Below, in pieces: positions 58,983-64,000 of a stretch of DNA of 64,000 bases (its first letter is position 1; each line of letters opens with the position of its first letter). Source of the DNA: an uncultured cyanobacterium. Its GTDB lineage: Bacteria; Cyanobacteriota; Cyanobacteriia; Cyanobacteriales; CAWCAG01. The notes below the pieces were generated by a model, which saw only the letters and a program-made list of their open reading frames with translations, was not told the DNA's origin and did not search any database. Location of the stretch: positions 960,001 through 1,024,000 of the forward strand of contig CAWCAG010000005.1 in assembly GCA_963793425.1 (NCBI GenBank). The letters are read 5' to 3'. A program made the position numbers and the translations under genes.

Positions 58983-60506
58983 TTATTGAAGATGGCGTTG
59001 GATGCGATCGCTTAAGGGATTATCTCTAGAAGCAAGACGGGCTTTCCCCGCCCCTGCCCAGTTTTGCAAGAATTGGATTTGTTCTTGGGCCGTCCTTGCT
59101 AAAGGAATAGTTTGACTAGCTGCTTCCAGGATATCATCAGTGGTGAAGTCACGATTTTGACTAAAACCGATGTGCATCGCTTCTATGATGGTTTGGGCAA
59201 TTTCTGCCCCAGAAAAGTCTGGTGTTTCATAAGCAAGTCTTTCTAAATCGTAATTGGGCAAGTTGTGGGGACGTAATCGAGATAAATGTACCCCATAAAT
59301 AGCCCGACGTTCTTCTTGAGAAGGCAAACCGACAAAAAAGATTTCATCAAATCTACCTTTACGCAACATTTCCGCAGGTAAAGAACGAATATTATTCGCT
59401 GTGGCTACCACAAATACCGGAGACTGTTTTTCTGCCAACCAGTTAATAAAAGTGCCAAAAACTCGACTGGTTGTCCCAGAGTCCCCTGTCCCTTCCAACC
59501 CAGAAAAAGCTTTATCAATTTCATCAATCCAGAGAATACAGGGGGAAAGGGCTTCTGCTAAATTAATAGTCTGCCGGGTGCGAGATTCTGATTCTCCCAC
59601 TAAGCCAGCAAATAAACGTCCCACATCTAAACGTAACAAGGGAAGATGCCAATGGTGGGCAATAGCCTTAGCTGTAAGAGATTTTCCTGTACCTTGAATC
59701 CCTACCAGCAACAAACCACGGGGGTGAGGCAAGCCATAAGCCCTGGCTTTTTCCCCAAAAGCACCGCCCCGGCGCAATAACCAATCTTTTAAATTATCTA
59801 AACCCCCAATATCGGCAATTCTTTCTGTGGCAGGGTAAAAATCGAGAATTTGAGTTTGTCGAATTGATTGGCGCTTTTCCTCTAAGACTAATTCCACATC
59901 CTCTGGCTGTAACTGCCCATGGGTAGCAATGGCTAAGGTGAGAACTCGGCGTATTCTTTCTAAGGATAAACCTCTGGCTGAACGTACCAACTCATCTAAC
60001 AAATTATCAGCTAAAGACTGGTTAGTACCTGATAGTAGCCGCGTTACTTCCTCCCTAATTTCCTTAGCTGTCGGTAAGGGAAAATCTACCACCGTCAATA
60101 CTTCCGTTAAATCAGCCGGAATATTAACCTCCGCCGAAATAATCACAACATTTTTCTGTTGTGACTTTAAAACCCTCGCTAAATTACGTAGCTTGCGAGA
60201 GACAGCAACATCTTCTAAAAACCTCTGGAAATCCCGCAGAATAAAAATACTTTTCGCTTGTTGAGGTAATTTTTCAATATATTCTAATGCCTGTAAAGGG
60301 TTACGCTTACCCACCCCAGCATTGTTAGGGTTATCTTGATAGCCATCAACAAAATCCCAAGTATAAACAACTCGTTTTCCTAGCCTAAGCGCGGAAGTTG
60401 CGATCGCTTTTTCTAATCTTTCTTCTTCTAGGGTAGGAATATAAATTAATGGATAACAAGCCCGCAGGAGTAATTCAAATTCGTCACCAAAGCTCATTTT
60501 GTTCAA
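58983..60506 (-). CDS. ycf46: Ycf46 AAA+ ATPase
   Basis: IGGLDNLKDWL, GIQGTGKSL, LWIDEIDK, RKGRFDEIFFV; conserved position after yceD. Confidence 0.9.
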   Translation of the reverse strand: MNKMSFGDEFELLLRACYPLIYIPTLEEERLEKAIATSALRLGKRVVYTWDFVDGYQDNPNNAGVGKRNPLQALEYIEKLPQQAKSIFILRDFQRFLEDVAVSRKLRNLARVLKSQQKNVVIISAEVNIPADLTEVLTVVDFPLPTAKEIREEVTRLLSGTNQSLADNLLDELVRSARGLSLERIRRVLTLAIATHGQLQPEDVELVLEEKRQSIRQTQILDFYPATERIADIGGLDNLKDWLLRRGGAFGEKARAYGLPHPRGLLLVGIQGTGKSLTAKAIAHHWHLPLLRLDVGRLFAGLVGESESRTRQTINLAEALSPCILWIDEIDKAFSGLEGTGDSGTTSRVFGTFINWLAEKQSPVFVVATANNIRSLPAEMLRKGRFDEIFFVGLPSQEERRAIYGVHLSRLRPHNLPNYDLERLAYETPDFSGAEIAQTIIEAMHIGFSQNRDFTTDDILEAASQTIPLARTAQEQIQFLQNWAGAGKARLASRDNPLSDRIQRHLQ

Positions 60507-60516
60507 TGATCAATGA

Positions 60517-61017
60517 TCAGTTATCAGTTATCAATTGCTTTTTAAGAATCTCTAAACTTGACCAACGACTATCTATAAGAGCATCTTTGGTAGAATTTAG
60601 TGGGGTAGTTTGACAATCAGAAGAGCAAACTTTTTTCCAAGGTAAAGCTAAACAAAGCTGTTCATATAACCAAGTATCAACTTCAAAATAACCTTGAGGA
60701 TCTAGGGTTTCTGTTAACTCTTCCAAAGCTACTTCCCTTTCTAAAGGCAAGGAATTTAAGGGGATTTCTTCTAACCAAATTAGCTCCTTTGTATCTAGAG
60801 ATAGGCGATGATTGTACTGTTGTAAACAGCGATCACAACTTAAAGTAACAATAGTTTCTGCTTTAGCTGTTACTTCTAAATAAGTACCTTGGTGAGTAAC
60901 TCGTAAGAGTCCCCGCACTGGCATCAGGGTTTTTAGTTCAGCAAAAGACTCTTGAAGTTGAATTTCTTCTGTCTTTTCCGGTGCTTTAAGTAATTGAGGA
61001 ATATGGATAGCTTCCAT
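60517..61017 (-). CDS. YceD/DUF177 family protein
   Basis: CDRCL, EQLCLALP...C...C, DSRW..L. Confidence 0.9.
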   Translation of the reverse strand: MEAIHIPQLLKAPEKTEEIQLQESFAELKTLMPVRGLLRVTHQGTYLEVTAKAETIVTLSCDRCLQQYNHRLSLDTKELIWLEEIPLNSLPLEREVALEELTETLDPQGYFEVDTWLYEQLCLALPWKKVCSSDCQTTPLNSTKDALIDSRWSSLEILKKQLITDN

Positions 61018-61109
61018 AGTTCTTGAAAAAGAGAATTTATTTTATATCACTTGGCCTTAGCAAGAGATAATAGGTAAAAAAAGAATGGGTTCTATATCTC
61101 CCTATTTTC

Positions 61110-61613
61110 TCATTCGAGGGTTGAATCTCGCAATCTTACCACCAAATTTCTATCGGGTTCTTGCCCTCTACTTTCTGTAATTAAATCTCCTGACTTTTCT
61201 AAAAAGTTATGAATTTGGCGGCGTTCTGCGGATGATAAAGATTGAATTTCTTGTTCTTGACCAGTTTCTCGTACTTGTTCGGCAACTTCCGTTGCTATGG
61301 TGTGCAACTCTTCTTGGCGACGGATACGATAATCCCCAAGTTCGATGGTAAAAGCCCTTTGAACATCGGATTCTTGACCTAAATTAACCAAAGCATTAGC
61401 TAGATATTGAATTGCATCTAGGGTTTTGCCTTTAGGGCCAATTAATGTTTCAATTTGTTCTTCGTTGAGTTCAGCTTGCTTAATATTTAGCCAACAAGCT
61501 TTTGAGTCATCCTCGTAACTAGGCTCAGATATTTCTACTTGGGAGGCAAGCCCCATTAAATTCAACAGTTTCTCTAGCCATTCCTGGCCATATTGTGCTT
61601 GATCTATCATCAA
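61110..61613 (-). CDS. jag: Jag/KhpB RNA-binding protein (KH + R3H)
   Basis: LIGPKGKTLDAIQYL, ERRQIH, SRGQEPDR. Confidence 0.88.
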   Translation of the reverse strand: MMIDQAQYGQEWLEKLLNLMGLASQVEISEPSYEDDSKACWLNIKQAELNEEQIETLIGPKGKTLDAIQYLANALVNLGQESDVQRAFTIELGDYRIRRQEELHTIATEVAEQVRETGQEQEIQSLSSAERRQIHNFLEKSGDLITESRGQEPDRNLVVRLRDSTLE

Positions 61614-61670
61614 TTAATATCCCTTTGAGTCAGTTAATAAGCAAGCTAGCAATAGGAATAAATATTTGAC

Positions 61671-61708
61671 TTATTACTTGTTACTGGTTACTTGCTACTT
61701 ATTACTTA
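61671..61708. repeat. STRR heptamer tract (TTRTTAC-like)
   Basis: ttattac ttgttac tggttac ttgctac ttattac. Confidence 0.7.
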
Positions 61709-61712
61709 ATAT

Positions 61713-62864
61713 CTACCCTGATGGTTTTTCTTTTTTCTTAGAGCGTTTTTCAAAGGGTAAAATATCTTGCCCTTCTTCTTTTTTCTCTTGCTTTTCTTGA
61801 GCTTCAACAATTTTTTGTAAATTTTCTGGTAGAGGCTCTCGCATTAAAATGAAAGTTTGAAGGGTTTGGAAGATATTAGCAATAACCATGTACATCAACA
61901 CACCAGCAGGCAGAGGGAAGAATAAGAACATCCCGGAAAAAAGTACTGGAGTGATTTTACTAATAGTTTGCTGTTGAGGATTCGCAGCATTATTCTGTTG
62001 CCCTGATAAAAGCTGGTTGGCATACAAACTAAGTCCGAAAAACAGCACCATACCAAAAATATCCCAGTGGATAGCACCATTTTCCCCTGTAGCACCAACG
62101 CGGCCAAGGGCTTTAATGAATAAGAATCCTTCGTTAGCGGCTAAACCAGGAACTGTACCTTGGACAGTAACTTCTCCGGGGGCTAAAGCTTCTATAGTTC
62201 CATCAGCTTGCAGTTGGACTTTATCTTCCCCCTTGGTAATTTGCCATTGGGGTTGAATCTTTTCATCTGAGTTTTCAGCAATTAAGGTTTGTAGATTTTT
62301 ACCGCTGGGGGTTTGGAATTGAAGCTCTGTCTTTTCCCCTACAACCAATTTTTTACCGGCTGGGGCTTTTGCTACCACTGGGTAACGAACACCATTATCT
62401 ACGTAAATTGTTTGAGGTTTAGTGCTAAAGGGATCAGGTTGGATAAACTCCATCTGTTCCCGAGGGAAAATTTGCAAATCCACTGTGTAGTTGATGTTGC
62501 TAAAAGGTGATCCCCTTAAAGTGGCAAATAAAGCAAACAGAATCGGCATTTGTAAGAGAATTGGTAAACAGCCCCCCAAGGGATTACCAAATTCTTTGTA
62601 TACTTCGCTCATGGCTTGCTGTTGCTTGGTAGGATCGTTTTTGTAACGTTCCTGAATCTCCTTAACCCTTTTCTGCATTGCCGGTTGGGAGATTCGCATT
62701 TGCCTCATACTGCGAATGGATTTTGCACTGAGGGGATAGACAGCAAAGCGAATTACTAGGGTCAGAGCAACAATTGCAAAGCCGTAAGATGGCACAATCC
62801 CGTAGAAAAAGTCCAGGATTGGCAACATGATGTTAGTGGAAAGAAACCCAATACCAAAGTCCAT
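61713..62864 (-). CDS. yidC: Membrane protein insertase YidC
   Basis: [35 protein letters not shown]. Confidence 0.96.
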   Translation of the reverse strand: MDFGIGFLSTNIMLPILDFFYGIVPSYGFAIVALTLVIRFAVYPLSAKSIRSMRQMRISQPAMQKRVKEIQERYKNDPTKQQQAMSEVYKEFGNPLGGCLPILLQMPILFALFATLRGSPFSNINYTVDLQIFPREQMEFIQPDPFSTKPQTIYVDNGVRYPVVAKAPAGKKLVVGEKTELQFQTPSGKNLQTLIAENSDEKIQPQWQITKGEDKVQLQADGTIEALAPGEVTVQGTVPGLAANEGFLFIKALGRVGATGENGAIHWDIFGMVLFFGLSLYANQLLSGQQNNAANPQQQTISKITPVLFSGMFLFFPLPAGVLMYMVIANIFQTLQTFILMREPLPENLQKIVEAQEKQEKKEEGQDILPFEKRSKKKEKPSG

Positions 62865-62927
62865 TCGTCTGTTATTTTAGTGATTATTGATTAATTATCT
62901 GATGATTATTATTGCTTGCTTGAGCCG

Positions 62928-63320
62928 TTAACTTTTAATAGCATCGACTGGCCTACCTGTCTTCGCTGCTGCTTTTTCGGCTATGTAATCATAAACTGCC
63001 CGATGATTAGGAACTGCCCGCATTTCTAAACGGCTTTTATCTCTTAGGGTGACAACTATATCTCCCCATAGTCCGACACCTCTAGCCACTTTGACGATTT
63101 TAATAATTTCTGAATAGATTATATCTGTGCGATCGCGACTCTTAAATCCTCCGGTTATGGAGATGCGACGGTTAGTAATTCGGTATCGTAACCAGAGTGC
63201 GCGAACTATAGCTCCTACAGTTAAGGGTAAGCAGATAACAGTAAAGCCTAACAAAATTCCTATAATCAGATCGCCAACGTGAGGACCTCCTTCATAAAAA
63301 GTTTCTTCTTTAATGCCCAT
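62928..63320 (-). CDS. Bacterial PH domain protein
   Basis: EETFYEGGP, RYRITNRRI; conserved position between rnpA and yidC in cyanobacteria. Confidence 0.85.
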   Translation of the reverse strand: MGIKEETFYEGGPHVGDLIIGILLGFTVICLPLTVGAIVRALWLRYRITNRRISITGGFKSRDRTDIIYSEIIKIVKVARGVGLWGDIVVTLRDKSRLEMRAVPNHRAVYDYIAEKAAAKTGRPVDAIKS

Positions 63321-63672
63321 GTAATACCTCAGCTTTTGTCAATAACTTTTCTAATTCTCGCAAAAAATGTTCATATTCGCATCCTCGTGCCTCTGGTTTA
63401 ACCACTAAGACTACTTGCCAGCCTGGGGAGATTTGTTTGAGTAATTCGCGTATAGCACCTTTGATTTGCCTTTTGATACGATTACGAATCACGGCTTTTT
63501 TGCTCACTTTCTTGCTAATAGAAATACCAAAGCGACTAGGTGTTATCTCTGTTTGAGAGTCCTCTTGCCAAGCTCTCAGAGTTAAATAATGCCCTGAACA
63601 ACGAATTCCTTGGCGGTAAACTTGCTGGAAGTCTTTTCTATGTCTAAGTCGGTTTGCTTTGGGCAATCCCAC
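63310..63672 (-). CDS. rnpA: Ribonuclease P protein component
   Basis: RL...DFQ.VY, RFGISISKKV.KKAVIRNRIKR. Confidence 0.96.
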   Translation of the reverse strand: MGLPKANRLRHRKDFQQVYRQGIRCSGHYLTLRAWQEDSQTEITPSRFGISISKKVSKKAVIRNRIKRQIKGAIRELLKQISPGWQVVLVVKPEARGCEYEHFLRELEKLLTKAEVLHGH

Positions 63673-63719
63673 GGGGCAGAGGTTATGAAAGTTTGATTAT
63701 GATAGCTTGAGGCTTTAAT

Positions 63720-63857
63720 TTACACAGCAAGGCGTTCTCTTCCTTTGCTACGACGAGCATTGATTACTCTACGGCCTGTTTTGGTACGCATTCGTTTACG
63801 GAAGCCGGATTTTCTCTTTTGCTTACGGTTGCTACCGCCAAAGGTGCGCTTACTCAC
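63720..63857 (-). CDS. rpmH: 50S ribosomal protein L34
   Basis: Manual translation from [48 protein letters not shown]; below the ORF-track size cutoff. Confidence 0.96.
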   Translation of the reverse strand: MSKRTFGGSNRKQKRKSGFRKRMRTKTGRRVINARRSKGRERLAV

Positions 63858-64000
63858 TAACTATAACTCTCCTAAATAAAATAAATGAAAATTTACAAAC
63901 CTATATTATATCATTGCTGCAATATTCTTCTGACAATTTGATGGCAGTCTTGATTAGATGGCTCCCTCAGTTCAGTTATCCATCGTGCAAAAATGGGCTA

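Larger units (their letters stand above)
914..63136. repeat. HIP1 octamer GCGATCGC dispersed through the window
   Basis: Roughly 30 copies seen by eye, e.g. 914, 12417, 23767, 44863, 48269, 63129. Confidence 0.9.

Noticed and set aside
3189..62510. Many 60-154-aa ORFs antisense to or nested in pst, plsX, uvrA, ycf46, yidC and other genes
   Set aside because: Shadow ORFs of well-supported genes with no independent support
15488..63672. rnpB and rnpA both in the window
   Set aside because: They are 47 kb apart, each in an ordinary context; no evidence of linkage

Overview
Cyanobacterial chromosomal window: about 30 HIP1 octamers (GCGATCGC) counted by eye, heptameric STRR repeats, petE, a phycobiliprotein lyase and ycf46. 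Most of it is core genome: the pstSCAB phosphate operon with tandem Pho boxes, petE, a PAS-kinase/response-regulator cassette, rnpB, hisG, metG-NYN-lptC, a c-di-AMP riboswitch locus, plsX-fabH, glk, a group-2 sigma factor, mutT, nblB, argG, ubiD, uvrA and rpmH-rnpA-yidC-jag-ycf46. The best candidate for an undescribed system is an AT-rich accessory island at about 45.6-50.1 kb. It holds five small unknown genes, three of them divergent paralogues. These face an overlapping gene pair, one carrying a QLSLW clamp-binding-like motif, and sit next to a sigma-like/DUF1822 module. Other oddities: a plant-type long HisG; a deleted ethylene-receptor-like kinase; an unannotated ORF without a canonical start behind the c-di-AMP riboswitch; STRR heptamers inside RNase P RNA; and 24-nt double-hairpin elements inserted into STRR tracts. 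The single-base frameshifts in argG and ubiD look like homopolymer sequencing errors. All calls come from reading the sequence; no database searches were run.
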